From the NCBI GenBank assembly GCA_002269645.1, contig NIVC01001261.1, positions 15,668 to 79,667 on the forward strand: a DNA stretch of 64,000 nucleotides. The letters run 5' to 3'. A program made the position numbers and the translations under genes. The notes under the pieces were generated by a model that made no database searches, was not told the DNA's origin, and saw only the letters and a list, made by a program, of their open reading frames with translations. This document shows, one piece after another, positions 51,286 to 64,000 of the stretch. Source of the DNA: Macrostomum lignano (lineage: Eukaryota). The number at the start of each line of letters is the position of its first letter. The stretch's first letter is position 1.

Positions 51286-51894
51286 GAAGGATACTATAGT
51301 CAGTTTAGCAATCACCTGCTCCGAACTTCTCTCTCCCATCTCTGCCCAAAAATCAGAATCCTCAGACCAGCCGCTAACACGCAGACTTCGCCGCATTGCG
51401 TGTTGACAAGGGATTTAAAAAAAGATAGATGGAATTTTTATTGTGCTCAAATAATGCGTCAGAACAATGAATGCATGGTCTTCAAACTTCCGCTGAAACA
51501 CGCGCACACATGCGGTAATGGCTGGAGTAAGACTGAGCACACGAGGCAGCTGGATGGTTAATTTAGCCAGCAGAGTCAATACGAAGGCTTTTGGCAGCTC
51601 TTTTTTCGTTTTTTATTGTGAGCTGCCTGCCGCTTGTCGAATGCGATGAATGCGGGTGGGCTGAATGAAGTCTGATGGTGCCTGGCGATGGCTGTTGATG
51701 ACGGGAAATGGCTGCGGGAATTGTTCTGCCTGTGTGTTCCCACTCACTCTTTTCCCCATTGCTGCTGGCTTTTCAATAAGTGGAATTTGTGAGGAATTTT
51801 ACTGGAAGACAATGGCGGTTTTTTGTTTAGAAAGAGTACAATAGATGAGGAAAATGTAAGGGTGAAAATCTGATACAGATTATTAGAAGGGAAT

Positions 51895-52125
51895 CTAGAC
51901 AGAGAATCAGGGGAGAGAGTCAGGGGAGAGAATCAGGGGAGAGAATCAGGGGAGAGAATCAGGGGAAAGAATCAGGGGGAGAGAGTCAGGGGAGAGAATC
52001 AGGGGAGAGAATCAGGGGAGAGAATCAGGGGAGAGAGAATCAGGGGAGAGAATCAGGGGAGAGAGAATCAGGGGAGAGAATCAGGGGAGAGAGTCAGGGG
52101 AGAGAATCAGGGGAGAGAGAATCCC
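51895..52125. repeat. 13-bp minisatellite (GAGAATCAGGGGA)
   Basis: Direct reading. Confidence 0.92.
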
Positions 52126-53099
52126 CTGAAAAGAGATAAAAATGATGAAATGTTTATGCTAAACTCGGAGAAGTCAAGCTAGCTACATGTGTATGGATGT
52201 TGTTACAGTCTGTGTTGAATAAAGTTCTGTGGCATACTCAGGGAACAAAGACATCATTAGGCGCCGGGACATCTTGCGCAAAAACAAAGATATGAAGCTT
52301 TCGGCACACAAGAAACAAAAGAATGACTTTCTAAGAATAAAAAACACTTTTCCCAATGGACAACGGACCCCTTGGACCTGGTTGCTATGGGGTTTTTCTG
52401 TTTTGCATTGTCACAGAAGAAAACTGCCAAACCACCCCTCCGGAACCCCGGAACAAGGCAAGAAGAAGACCAATTTCCACATCGAATATTCCTGTTTGGG
52501 ATCGCAGACAGCAGCCTCGCCCATCTACTCTCCCCCCCCCCATTTCTCCCTTGCCCCGCCTGCTCCCATTGTCCCGGGCGGCGGAAGAAGCCTTCGCAGC
52601 CTTGTGTTGGCTTTTTGTTGAGTCAGCGTCGTTTTGTTTAGCGGGGCTTCGCCTCTAGAAGAAGCAGAAGATCCAGAAGAAGAAGAAGACGGCTCCCTCT
52701 CTGTCAGATTGAGGCATCAGCTCAATCAAGATAAAGGATATAAATGAACCGTTTGACAAATTTATGGCTTTCTGCTTTGGGAGAGGCTGGGAGACGCATT
52801 GCGACACCGCTGCTCAGGAGTGGAGATTTATGATGCGGCTGGCAGTTTAATTGATCAAAGTTATTTGATGATTGATTTGACAGCTGAGAGGCTGTGAAAT
52901 CATTGGCACAGGCTGGCAGGGACTTCGCCTGTTCCCCGTCTGTCCGCTTCTCGATGCTGTTTACTTTTCCTTAAGCCGTAAGCAAGAGCTTACTAAGACC
53001 AAAATCACACTACTAGCTCGTAGGCGTGACTGTCAGGCTCGAATCCTGGGCCTCGCATCTTCTAAGAATCCGGAACCACTCTCTTTATTCTTGAATCTG

Positions 53100-53778
53100 A
53101 GCAATTCCGGTCTCATCCTTCCTACTCTCCATGGTATTTCCGGTCTCACCCTGCCTACTCTCCATGGTATTTCCGGTCTCACCCTGTCTACTCTCTATTT
53201 CCAGTCTCACCCTGTCTACTCTCTATTTCCGGTCTCACTCTGCCTACTCTCCATGGCATTTCCGGTCTCACCCTGTCTACTCTCTATTTCCAGTCTCACC
53301 CTGTCTACTCTCTATTTCCGGTGTCACCCTGTCTACTCTCTATTTCCGGTCTCACCCTGTCTACTCTCCGTGGCATTTCCGGTCTCACCCTGTCTACTCT
53401 CTATTTCCAGTCTCACCCTGTCTACTCTCTATTTCCGGTCTCACCCTGTCTACTCTCTATTTCCGGTGTCACCCTGTCTACTCTCTATTTCCAGTCCCAC
53501 CCTGTCTACTCTCCCTGGCATTTCCTGTCTCACCCTGTCTACTCTCCCTGGCATTTCCGGTCTCACCCTGTCTACTCTCCCTGGCATTTCCGGTCCCACC
53601 CTGTCTACTCTCCCCTGACATTTCCTGTCTCACCCTGTCTACTCTCCCTGGCATTTCCTGTCTCACCCTGTCTACTCTCCCTGACATTTCCTGTCTCACC
53701 CTGTCTACTCTCCCTGACATTTCCTGTCTCACCCTGTCTACTCTCCCTGACATTTCCGGTCTCACCCTGTCTACTCTG
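53100..53778. repeat. ~28-31-bp minisatellite (TCTCACCCTGTCTACTCTC...TTTCC)
   Basis: Direct reading. Confidence 0.92.
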
Positions 53779-54124
53779 TCCATAACTTCCGCTCAGTAAT
53801 AATAGATTCCACATTCCACCCCGACCCACCAAATCGACCTTGATCCCTTGCTACTCAAGTCTGCTCACGCTACTCACCCTCTCAATGTCAGATCCCAAAA
53901 TTCTTTGTGAATCCCAAACGCCAGTGCAGTCACGCTAACACAGAAGACTCGAGAGTCAGTGAAGCAGGCATGGCATAGAGCTTAGAAACAGATTTACTTT
54001 TTTAAAGAGCACTTCGATCTGTACTCTCCATTCTTAGTTACTCAAAGAAAATGGATCACACCGATTACTATTGAGAGTTCAATGGTTGAGATCGATGTCT
54101 TTTTAGCAGTGCGCAGGGGGAGGC

Positions 54125-54900
54125 AATCAGAGAGAAAATCAGGGAGAGTATCAGGAGTGAGAATCAGGGAAGAATCAGGGGAGAGAATCAGGGGAGAATC
54201 AGGGGAGAATCAGGGGATAATCAGGGAAGAATCAGGGAGAATCAGGGGAGAATCAGGGGAGAATCAGGGGAGAGAATCAGGGGAGAGAATCAGGGGAGAG
54301 AATCAGGGGAGAGAATCAGGGGAGAATCAGGAGAGAGAATCAGGGGATAATCAGGGGAGAATCAGGGGAGAATCAGGGGAGAATCAGGGGAGAACCAGGG
54401 GAGAATCAGGGGAGAATCAGGGGAGAATCAGGGGAGAATCAGGGGAGAATCAGGGGAGAATCAGGGGAGAATCAGAAGGGGGGCCGTAGCCCAGCGGTAG
54501 CGCAGCTGCTCTGGTGTGCCGCGACCCAGGCTCGATTCCAAGTGCAGCCACATTAATTTGAGGCTGAATTGGAATTTCGGCTTGGCTCGCTTGTGCAATT
54601 AACGGCCTTGAGAGCCAACCCCCCAAGGCGCAGTGAAGTGTACATGCCTAACAATTGATAAAGTTAGGGCCGCTGTACACTCCTGTGTGAGTGTGTGCCT
54701 GCGTACGTATCCGCGCGCTTGTATGCCTGCTCAGGGGAGTCGGCGGAATGGGCAGTAATGCCTCTCGCCGGTTGTGTGCCTATGTCGCTTAAAGTGCGCC
54801 AGGGTGCACACAACCCCCCTGCCTCTAATAAAAAAAATAAAAAAGGGGAGAATCAGGGGAGAATCAGGGGAGAATCAGGGGAGAGAATCGGGGGAGAATT
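54125..54900. repeat. 11/13-bp minisatellite (GGGGAGAATCA), interrupted by SINE 54478-54844
   Basis: Direct reading; same unit family as 51895-52125. Confidence 0.9.
54478..54844 (+). mobile_element. tRNA-derived SINE (~370 bp) with poly(A) tail, inserted in a GGGGAGAATCA minisatellite
   Basis: GGGGCCGTAGCCCAGCGG (A box), GGCTCGATTCC (B-box variant), non-pairing acceptor and T stems, 3' AATAAAAAAAATAAAAAA. The same minisatellite resumes on both sides. Confidence 0.82.
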
Positions 54901-54958
54901 AGGGAGTGAATCATGTAAGAGAGAATGAGCCTTCATCACCCTGGACTCATCCTTGCAG

Positions 54959-55312
54959 TGGACCTGGCGGCCGGCGACCCGCTACGGCTCAAGCAGTCCC
55001 TGAGCGACACCGCGGTGGCTCTCGGCAGTAACCTGACGCTCAGCTGCCGCTTCAGCCCGCAGCCATCCTACATCATCTGGACGTTCACCGCGCCATCCTC
55101 GGCGGCCAAGACTCTGCTTCGGTGCCAGCCGGCCTTGGGCAGCTGCGGAGTGATTGACAGTGTGCCAGGATTCGGGGACATCAGCGACCTGGCCGATGCC
55201 AACGGCAGTCTGACTGTCTTGCGAGTCAACGCCAGTCAGAACGGGGTGTTCCAGTGCGGAGCCCTGCTGCGGATTGAGGCGGTCAACTCGCAGGCTGCTG
55301 TCACCGTGATGG
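54959..55312 (+). CDS. Gene B Ig1 exon, paralogous to gene A exon 2; gene continues beyond window
   Basis: Acceptor ccttgcag|, donor g|GTGAGT at 55313. LTLSCRFSPQPSYIIW...RCQPALGSC...SQNGVFQCG aligns by eye with gene A Ig1, including the C-x6-C pair. Confidence 0.87.
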
Positions 55313-55612
55313 GTGAGTGGGGAGGGGGAGAGGGAGAGGGGGAGAGGGAGAGGGGGGAGTGGGAGAGGAAGGGAGAGTGGGAGGGGGAGAGGGAGAGAGG
55401 TAGAGGGAAAGTGGGAGAGTGGGAGAGGGAGAGAGGGAGAGGGGGAGAGGGAGAGGGGGAGGGGGAGAGGGAGAGAGGTAGAGGGAAAGTGGGAGAGTGG
55501 AAGAGGGAGAGAGGGAGAGGGAGAGAGGGAGAGGGGGAGAGGGAGAGGGGGAGAGGGAGAGGGAGAGTGGGAGAGGGAGAGAGGGAGAGGGAGAGTGGAA
55601 GAGGGAGAGTTG
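55313..55612. repeat. Polypurine (GGGAGA/GAGTGG) repeat starting at gene B Ig1 donor
   Basis: Direct reading. Confidence 0.9.
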
Positions 55613-56214
55613 GGCAGGAATGGCTGAGCCCACTGCTCCCCTAAAAGTCAGCAGACAAAATGGTTACAGAAAAGATTAAAGTCTCGCCAAACATAAAGCC
55701 GATTGGCTTTGGTAATATTCAACATAGAAAAAACAACCTCTGCATAGCCCAATTGTTTGATTCCATTTGATTCAAGGCCTCATTAGCCCATGCATATTTA
55801 ATGATCTGCTTCAGCCTAATACCCCTGGCCAAGAGGGTTATGCAGGTCGGAAAGAATTAGCAAAGAGCCATTTGACCCTTGAGAGACGGCAGTTGCTGGT
55901 GACAGGCGGGGGGGGGCATTGCCACACGTGTAGGTCACGCTGGAGTATCGATATGTTGGTGACTTTTTCTGCTTTTGAGCTGAAGCGGGAGGTGCAAGGC
56001 TTGTGTAGAGATCCAGCGGGAATTGAAATGGTTAGTCAGCTTGTAATTCACGCGCAGATGCCTTGTGAATGATTTTTTAAATGCAATTAGTATGAAGAAG
56101 ATGAAAACTTGGGAAACGTTTGACGCATAGAAAAAAATGGGGATTCAAAAAGTGAGAAAAGGCTGGTTGGCCATTCGGCATAGCGGGAGGAGGGAGAACG
56201 GGGTAAGGAGTTCT

Positions 56215-57200
56215 AAAGGAGAGGGTAGATGAGAGAGTAGAAGAGGCGGTAGAAGAGAGGGTAGAAGTAGAAGAGAGGGTAGAAGAGAGGGTAGAAGTAG
56301 AAGAGAGGGTAGAATAGAGGGTAGAAGAGAGGGTAGAAGAGAGGGTAGAATAGAGGGGGTAGAATAGAGGGGGTAGAATAGAGGGGGTAGAAGAGAGGGT
56401 AGAATAGAGGGGGTAGAAGAGAGGGTAGAAGAGAGGGGGTAGAATAGAGGGGGTAGAATAGAGGGTAGAAGAGAGGGTAGAAGCGAGGGTAGAATAGAGG
56501 GGGTAGAATAGAGGGGGTAGAATAGAGGGGGTAGAAGAGAGGGTAGAATAGAGGGGGTAGAATAGAGGGGGTAGAAGAGAGGGTAGAATAGAGAGAGGGA
56601 ATAGAGGGTTAGATGAGAGGTAGAAGAGAGGGTAGAAGAGAGGGTAGAAGAGAGGGTAGAAGAGAGGGGGTAGAATAGAGGGGGTAGAAGAGAGGGTAGA
56701 AGAGAGGGTAGAATAGAGGGTAGAAGAGAGGGTAGAATAGAGGGGGTAGAATAGAGGGGGTAGAAGAGGTAGAAGAGAGGGTAGAATAGAGAGAGGGTAG
56801 AAGAGAGGGGGTAGAATAGAGGGGGTAGAAGAGAGGGTAGAAGAGAGGGGGTAGAATAGAGGGGGTAGAAGAGAGGGTAGAAGAGAGGGTAGAAGAGAGG
56901 GTAGAAGAGAGGGTAGAAGAGAGGGTAGAAGAGAGGGTAGATGAGAGGGTAGAAGAGAGGGGGTAGAATAGAGGGGGTAGAAGAGAGGGTAGAAGAGAGG
57001 GTAGAAGAGAGGGTAGAAGAGGGGGTAGAAGAGAGGGTAGAAGAGAGGGGGTAGAATAGAGGGGGTAGAAGAGAGGGTAGAAGAGAGGGTAGAAGAGAGG
57101 GTAGAAGAGAGGGTAGAAGAGAGGGTAGAAGAGAGGGTAGAAGAGAGGGTAGAAGAGAGGGTAGAATAGAGAGGGTAGATGAGAGGGTAGAAGAGGGCAG
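56215..57200. repeat. 12/13-bp purine-rich minisatellite (GGGTAGAAKAGA)
   Basis: Direct reading. Confidence 0.94.
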
Positions 57201-58077
57201 AGAAGAGAAATGGCAGCAGTAAGTTAGCGCTAACAAAAGCAAGTTTCACTCTTGGCGGACTGAGTCACGGCCTGTGAGGCCAGCCAGCACAACTCACTCC
57301 AGCAGCCTGGGTTGCTTGGAGACCGGAAAGCAGCTCAGAACCCCGCCATTATCCCAGCTTGCTGCATCGCTGCATGGTCCGACCCTGCGGCATCTCTGGG
57401 CACTTGTCAGTCGAAATTTATATTCCTGCCCAGTTGCTGATAAAACCACTCGCTAAGTCTACACTTACAGGTCTGGCTTATAAATATTTCTAATTTGTCT
57501 GACAAAATGTTTAATTTCATTGTTGCCATGACTCGTTCAAAACGTTGATGGCTACAGCAGCAGCGACAACAAGTGGGTCGCCCAGCCCAGCGCTTGGACT
57601 GTCCCTCAACCGCCTCTCTCGTCCTTACTGGCTTTGTCGATTAAAGAAAAAGCAAAAAAGAAGAATCTCCGGAAGAGAGGCTGGGGGGGAGAAAGGGAGG
57701 AGAGAGAGGAGAAGAGCGGAACTCACACCTGAGGGTCTAGCAGTGCTGGCACGATGAGGGACCAGTGGCAGGGCCCGTCACCAGCAGCATCCCCTCACTG
57801 CATCGCGCAAGTCCACTTTGGCTTTTTTCTATCAGGGCCTATCGCTAGCCTAGGATTTATTAAATTATTAATTATGAAATACCTAGCAAGCCGAACCAAC
57901 CCCACCCGGCGTAAAGGGGTGTCCGTCAGTCTCCTTCATATCCCGTCTGGGTGGCGGCCACTGGTCTGCGCTTGAAGCTTTGAGGAATTCTAAGAATTTT
58001 GGAATTCGGATTTTTAATTCTAAGAAAGAATTCTCAAATAGGTGAGGCAGTTATTTGGCCTGCTGAATGGCATGCCT

Positions 58078-58357
<280 letters not shown>

Positions 58358-60339
58358 GCACCCAGCTAAAACAGAATCAGGAAGGAGACGCCCAGATGCA
58401 GAGGGGGGCTGGAATTCAAATTTTTGCAGTTCAGTCAGAGATTTTCTCCAGCGGCAGGGAGACAGAGGACTCTCATTCAGTCAGAGCACTGTTTTAATAA
58501 ATAATAGTTACAGGCCGCTAGTGAAAGTGCCACAGACCGTCCAGAAACTAAAAGCATTAAAAGAACTGGGCAGTTTTGTCTTCACAAGTTTGCGTGTTAG
58601 AGTGGCGGAACCAAACTCAGCTGAGCACAGCCGCGGCAACTCAGCCACTGCTCAGACGCACCAGCAAAGCCGAGAACACTCCAGGTAGGGAGCACGGCAG
58701 TTGGGGAATTCTCAAGGGCACTTCTGCTTCTGTCTTGCTTTTAGAATTTTTCCTATTGGAGGTGTGTTGTTATAAAAACAATGATTCACTGCTGGGAATT
58801 TGATAATGGGATTTTACACAACTGTGACAGCTGCTAATGAGCTTAAGCCAGTTTCGAGATCCACCAAACCACAAAATCCATATTTTCTATCTTTCCCAGA
58901 GTTCCAAAATCTTCCCTTGATTTCTCAAATCCCCCAATAAATATTTCCAAAATCTTCCATTGAGATCCCAAATCATCCATAAAGATTTCCCAAATCTTCT
59001 ATAAAGATTTCCCACATCTTCCCTAAAGATTTCCTAAATCTTCCCTAAAGATTTCCCTAATCTTCTCTTGACTTCCCAAAATTTCCCCAGATTTACACGG
59101 GGATTAGACGCTGATCTTCCTCAGTTTTCCCAATCTTCCCCTTTGACCGCCTAATCTCTTCCCCTTGGATTCAAAATATTTCTCTTGGGTTTCATAATCT
59201 TGCTCAATTTTTTTCAATCCTCAGGATTGCTTTACTATTCTCGTTTACACGTGCAGCGCTCAGCACAGCGAACTCTTTTCCCCAGAAACTCGCCCTCCCT
59301 CCCTTTGTTCCACGTGACCTCCGCTGCCCCTAGCAGGAATTGCCGGTCTTTGCAGTGTCTGCAAACACACAGCCCCGCTGCACCTCCTGCAGGTCCCGAA
59401 ACTCTCGCTCTCTACAGGCCATGCCGCGGTGCAAATATTTATCTTCAGACGCACCGCTTTGAGGGATTTTTTTGCAAGAGCTTTTCGAGGAAAGCCAGTT
59501 TGAGTCGAAAAATAAATATATGTAATGCATGCAGCCCTCCTGTCAGTTGAGATTGGCCGGGAGTGAACGAGGATTTGGAGTCCTGTTGAAATCTCCTCAG
59601 AATGAGATTCTTATGGTGGACTGCATGCTTCATTTGAAATCAGCAAGTCCAGGTTTTGTGGCTCCTGGCTCCGCGATGAGGCTGCATGGCTGCCTGATTG
59701 ACAGACGGTGACATATGCTTAATTATAGCCAATTTTCTCACAATTCAATTCAACTGTCACTGTCCTTATTGTTGAGTTGTTGGAGTTGAAAAAATGGCAA
59801 TTTTTTCTGTCTTCAATTGTTTTTTGTTCCTTCTGTCTTTGCCTTTGCGTGCCGGCTTGTTTTGGGGTGTAGGAAGTAGAGGGAGGACCAAGGAGTCCTT
59901 AGACAGAGAATCTGGACTGGAAACTGAGATCTTCCCTCATACACGAACAAAAGATTTTCTACATATTTTACAATGCGCTTGACACAGTCCAGCTATCTAT
60001 CTTTAGGCGTCCTTGAAGAGCAGTTTTTCTCAACTCACCTGAGCAACATTTTAATTAATCCCCCCCCGAGCCTTAACAGACAGAACTGCGATGATGGAGC
60101 TCTTTGTCCAAAAAAAATATTGCTGAAGTAAGTGGCTGACAAGAATCTTCTTCTAGTCAAACAGGTGGCTGCCGCCTCTCCATAGCGTGCGGGACTGCCG
60201 CTGAGACCGGTCGCTGTTTGGGGAATTCAATTTAATACAATTGAGGCTTTTTAATTGCATCCAACTGCAGACAAACCCTCAGGCTTGAAAACTTTTATCA
60301 AGTTTTTTTACATCTGTTGCTTTTCAACTAATCTAATCT

Positions 60340-60480
60340 CTACATATTTGTCACTGATCTAATCTCTATATATATCTCTCTCATTGATCTAAGCACTATA
60401 TAGATATTACTGATCTAATCTCTATATCTCTCTCACTTATCTAATCTCTATATACATCTCTCTCTGATCTAATCTCAATC
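60340..60480. repeat. Short degenerate tandem repeat (GATCTAATCTCTATA...)
   Basis: Direct reading; few degenerate units. Confidence 0.6.
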
Positions 60481-61337
60481 TCCCACCCTACCAATTGAAC
60501 TCAATGTCGCATTAATCCAATACAGCACCCAAAGGCAGTTCTCAGCCATCAACAAGTCGCCACTGATCCACTGAATCCCAACCCCCCACCCCCTAAAAAA
60601 CGACGGTTAAAAACCCGCAGCTCAAAAGCCGGAGCAGAATTGATTCCTCCTACTCTAATTGACTGGCATAATTTGAGTCGCCCTCACCACTCGAGCTCCG
60701 CAAGCATAGTCAGAGCTCAGTTTACAATGAGTAGATGCGGCTTTGGGCTTAAAGCTGCTGCTAGATATTACGCAATCAAGTTCTGCTTCGGACTCTTTGA
60801 AAGATAAGGGGGTCGACATTTAATGTCGCTGGTTGTGGCAAATTTCTTATTTTTTTCTTTTAAAAAAAGAGAGAACCCCCCATCTGCTGTTGAGCAGCTA
60901 ATCAGATTTCTGCTCGGATCGATCGCAATGCTAATGAAATTGAGATCAGGCCGCATTGGAATCTACTTAAGAAATCTACAAGGTTTAAAAGGTTTGGAAC
61001 TAGGGGGGGGGGGTAATATGTCAGTCTAAATCCACTTGTAAGTCTAGTAAGCTGATAAAGGTTTGCCTGCTTGGCACAAAGGAGAGACAAGAGATTAATT
61101 TCCTACTCTAAATTTAGCATGGCTGGGTTAGTAATCTTCTTCTAGGGGCAGAAGTCTGTATCACGCAAAATTAAATATTTTGCCTTCAATAATTCCAATT
61201 TGTTGGCCTCGGATTAGTGGGGCATTGTCTGAGTCAGTCTGCTAAACGAGAAATTAATCAGCTTTCAGGTGGTGGCCGAGCTGACGGTTGATATAGGTCA
61301 GAAATTGTGTGGACATTTGGTTTGAGTCCAAATATTG

Positions 61338-61500
61338 TTGAAGTTGTAGCCTAGTGGTTAGAGTGTCGGATTCACAACTTGAAGGTCGGGGGTTCGATTC
61401 CCGATCCCACTGGAACAATTCGTGTCCTTGAGCAAGACACTTAACTCTGCATTGCTTCAGTTCACCCAGCTGTAAAATGGGTGCCAGCATTAGCTGGGAT
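61338..61500 (+). mobile_element. tRNA-derived CORE-domain (MIR-like) SINE; 3' end undefined
   Basis: A box TAGCCTAGTGG (61347), B box GGTTCGATTCC (61391). Then GTGTCCTTGAGCAAGACACTTAAC...CAGCTGTAAAATGGG (about 61422-61481), matching my recollection of the MIR CORE consensus. Confidence 0.8.
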
Positions 61501-62084
61501 AATTGAGGATGTGTGTGGCGATCCCCCAGTGTCTTTGGACTGAACAGCCGTACGCAGCCTTCAATACGCGCAATAGCTGCGGTTGAGCTGTCGGTTGCAC
61601 ATCTGCCCCATTAGGACAGATGGAAATTATAGTTTCCATTCCAGATGCTTAGGCTGCAAAGTCCATGAATCGAGATCTTGAAAAAAATCTACAGGTCAAA
61701 CAGTCCAAATTCCGGTGACCTAGGCCTGGAACTCCGTGCACCGGAGATTTCCGTTCCATTCGGCAGGCAGTTTAAAAACTGAGAAATGGATAGAGTCGCT
61801 AAAATGCTTATTTCTTCTCAGAAGCAGTGAGAGTTGAAAATGTGACTCAAATTTTACAGTTGAATCAGCTGCTTCCAGCTTGTGCATTGCGGAAATGAAA
61901 GATACTCTTCACTATAGCAGTCCGCCTCTTCTGCTAGCTGCTGTTTAATGTCCCTTTTGCCGTTCTTGACCCAGCTTTTCTTAGAATTGAACTTCAAAGA
62001 AGTGCGAATTTGTTTTATAGTTCTCTTTCTCACTGTCTTTGCTGACGAGAGGCAGTTCATCCATTTTCTGTCCTTTGTGGTGTC

Positions 62085-64000
62085 TGTCCTATGTCTCAGT
62101 GTCTGTCCGATGTGTGTCTGTCCTATGTCTCAGTGTCTGTCCGATGTGTGTCTGTCCTATGTCTCAGTGTCTGTCCGATGTGTGTCTGTCCTATGTCTCA
62201 GTGTCTGTCCGATGTGTGTCTGTCCTATGTCTCAGTGTCTGTCCGATGTGTGTCTGTCCTATGTCTCAGTGTCTGTCCGATGTGTGTCTGTCCTATGTCT
62301 CAGTGTCTGTCCGATGTGTGTCTGTCCTATGTCTCAGTGTCTGTCCGATGTGTGTCTGTCCTATGTCTCAGTGTCTGTCCGATGTGTGTCTGTCCTATGT
62401 CTCAGTGTCTGTCCGATGTCTCAGTGTCTGTCCGATGTCTCAGTGTGTCTGTCCTATGTTAAGTGTCTGTCCTATGTCTAGTGTGTCTGTCCTATGTCTC
62501 AGTGTGTCTGTCCTATGTCTCAGTGTGTCTGTCCTATGTCTCAGTGTGTCTGTCCTATGTCTCAGTGTGTCTGTCCAATGTCTCAGTGTGTCTGTCCTAT
62601 GTCTCAGTGTCTGTCCTATGTCTCAGTGTCTGTCCTATGTCTCAGTGTGTCTGTCCTATGTCTTAGTGTCTGTCCTATGTCTCAGTGTGTCTGTCCTATG
62701 TCTCAGTGTGTCTGTCCTATGTCTCAGTGTGTCTGTCCTATGTCTTAGTGTCTGTCCTATGTCTCAGTGTGTCTGTCCTATGTCTCAGTGTGTCGTCCTA
62801 TGTCTCAGTGTGTCTGTCCTATGTCTCAGTGTGTCTGTCCTATGTCTCAGTGTGTCTGTCCTATGTCTCAGTGTGTCTGTCCAATGTCTCAGTGTGTCTG
62901 TCCTATGTCTCAGTGTCTGTCCTATGTCTCAGTGTCTGTCCTATGTCTCAGGTGTCTGTCCTATGTTCAGTGTGTCTGTCCTATGTCTCAGTGTGTCTGT
63001 CCTATGTCTCAGTGTGTCTGTCCTATGTCTCAGTGTGTCTGTCCTATGTCTAGTGTCTGTCCTATGTCTCAGTGTGTCTGTCCTATGTCTCAGTGTGTCT
63101 GTCCTATGTCTCAGTGTCTGTCCTATGTCTCATGTGTCTGTCCGATGTCTCAGTGTCTGTCCTATGTCTCAGTGTGTCTGTCCTATGTCTCAGTGGTCTG
63201 TCCGATGTCTCAGTGTCTGTCCTATGTCTCAGTGTGTCTGTCCGATGTCTCAGTGTGTCTGTCCTATGTCTCAGTGTGTCTGTCCTATGTCTCAGTGTCT
63301 GTCCTATGTCTTAGTGTCTGTCCTATGTCTCAGTGTGTCTGTCCTATGTCTCAGTGTGTCTGTCCTATGTCTCAGTGTGTCTGTCCTATGTCTCAGTGTC
63401 TGTCCTATGTCTCAGTGTGTCTGTCCTATGTCTCAGTGTCTGTCCTATGTCTCAGTGTGTCTGTCCGATGTCTCAGTGTCTGTCCTATGTCTCAGTGTGT
63501 CTGTCCTATGTCTCAGTGTCTGTCCGATGTCTCAGTGTCTGTCCTATGTCTCAGTGTGTCTGTCCGATGTCTCAGTGTGTCTGTCCTATGTCTCAGTGTC
63601 TGTCGATGTCTAGTGTCTGTCCTATGTCTCAGTGTCTGTCCGATGTCTCAGTGTCTGTCCTATGTCTCAGTGTGTCTGTCCTATGTCTCAGTGTCTGTCC
63701 TATGTCTCAGTGTGTCTGTCCTATGTCTCAGTGTGTCTGTCTATGTCTCAGTGTGTCTGTCCTATGTCTCAGTGTCTGTCCTATGTCTCAAGTGTCTGTC
63801 GATGTCTCAGTGTTCTGTCCTATGTCTCAGTGTGTCTGTCCTATGTCTCAGTGTGTCTGTCCTATGTCTCAGTGTCTGTCCTATGTCTCAGTGTGTCCTG
63901 TCCTATGTCTCAGTGTGTCTGTCCGATGTCTCAGTGTGTCTGTCCTATGTTCTCAGTTCTGTCCGATGTCTCAGTGTCTGTCCCATGTCTCAGTGTCTGT
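62085..64000. repeat. 21/23-bp minisatellite (TGTCTGTCCTATGTCTCAGTG), runs off window
   Basis: Direct reading; source of the 524 aa VLCLSV ORF. Confidence 0.96.

Noticed and set aside
54478-54555. Functional tRNA gene (also 61338-61410 and 5184-5236)
   Set aside because: Acceptor and/or T stems do not pair, and each continues into SINE body sequence.

Overview
This is eukaryotic (metazoan) genomic DNA with short GC-rich exons and introns packed with minisatellites. That style fits a flatworm such as Macrostomum, but this is inference only. I reconstructed one complete 11-exon plus-strand gene (216-36728, 3396 nt CDS, 1131 aa), with every junction GT-AG and phase-compatible. It encodes a type I receptor: signal peptide, 7 Ig, FN3, a Cys-containing FN3-like domain, TM and a cytoplasmic tail ending KVIYEVVV, i.e. 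an Echinoid/Fred-like architecture. A divergent tandem paralog begins downstream (signal exon 47671-47713, Ig1 exon 54959-55312) and runs off the window. Roughly 24 kb is tandem repeat (more than 30 arrays, approximate sum), which explains most long ORFs in the track. Mobile elements are a 716-bp foldback MITE with an 8-bp TSD, a CORE-domain SINE, a second copy of that SINE head, and a poly(A)-tailed tRNA-SINE inserted into a minisatellite. The most unusual pattern is that several intronic minisatellites appear to be copied from, or built around, 5' splice-site sequence.
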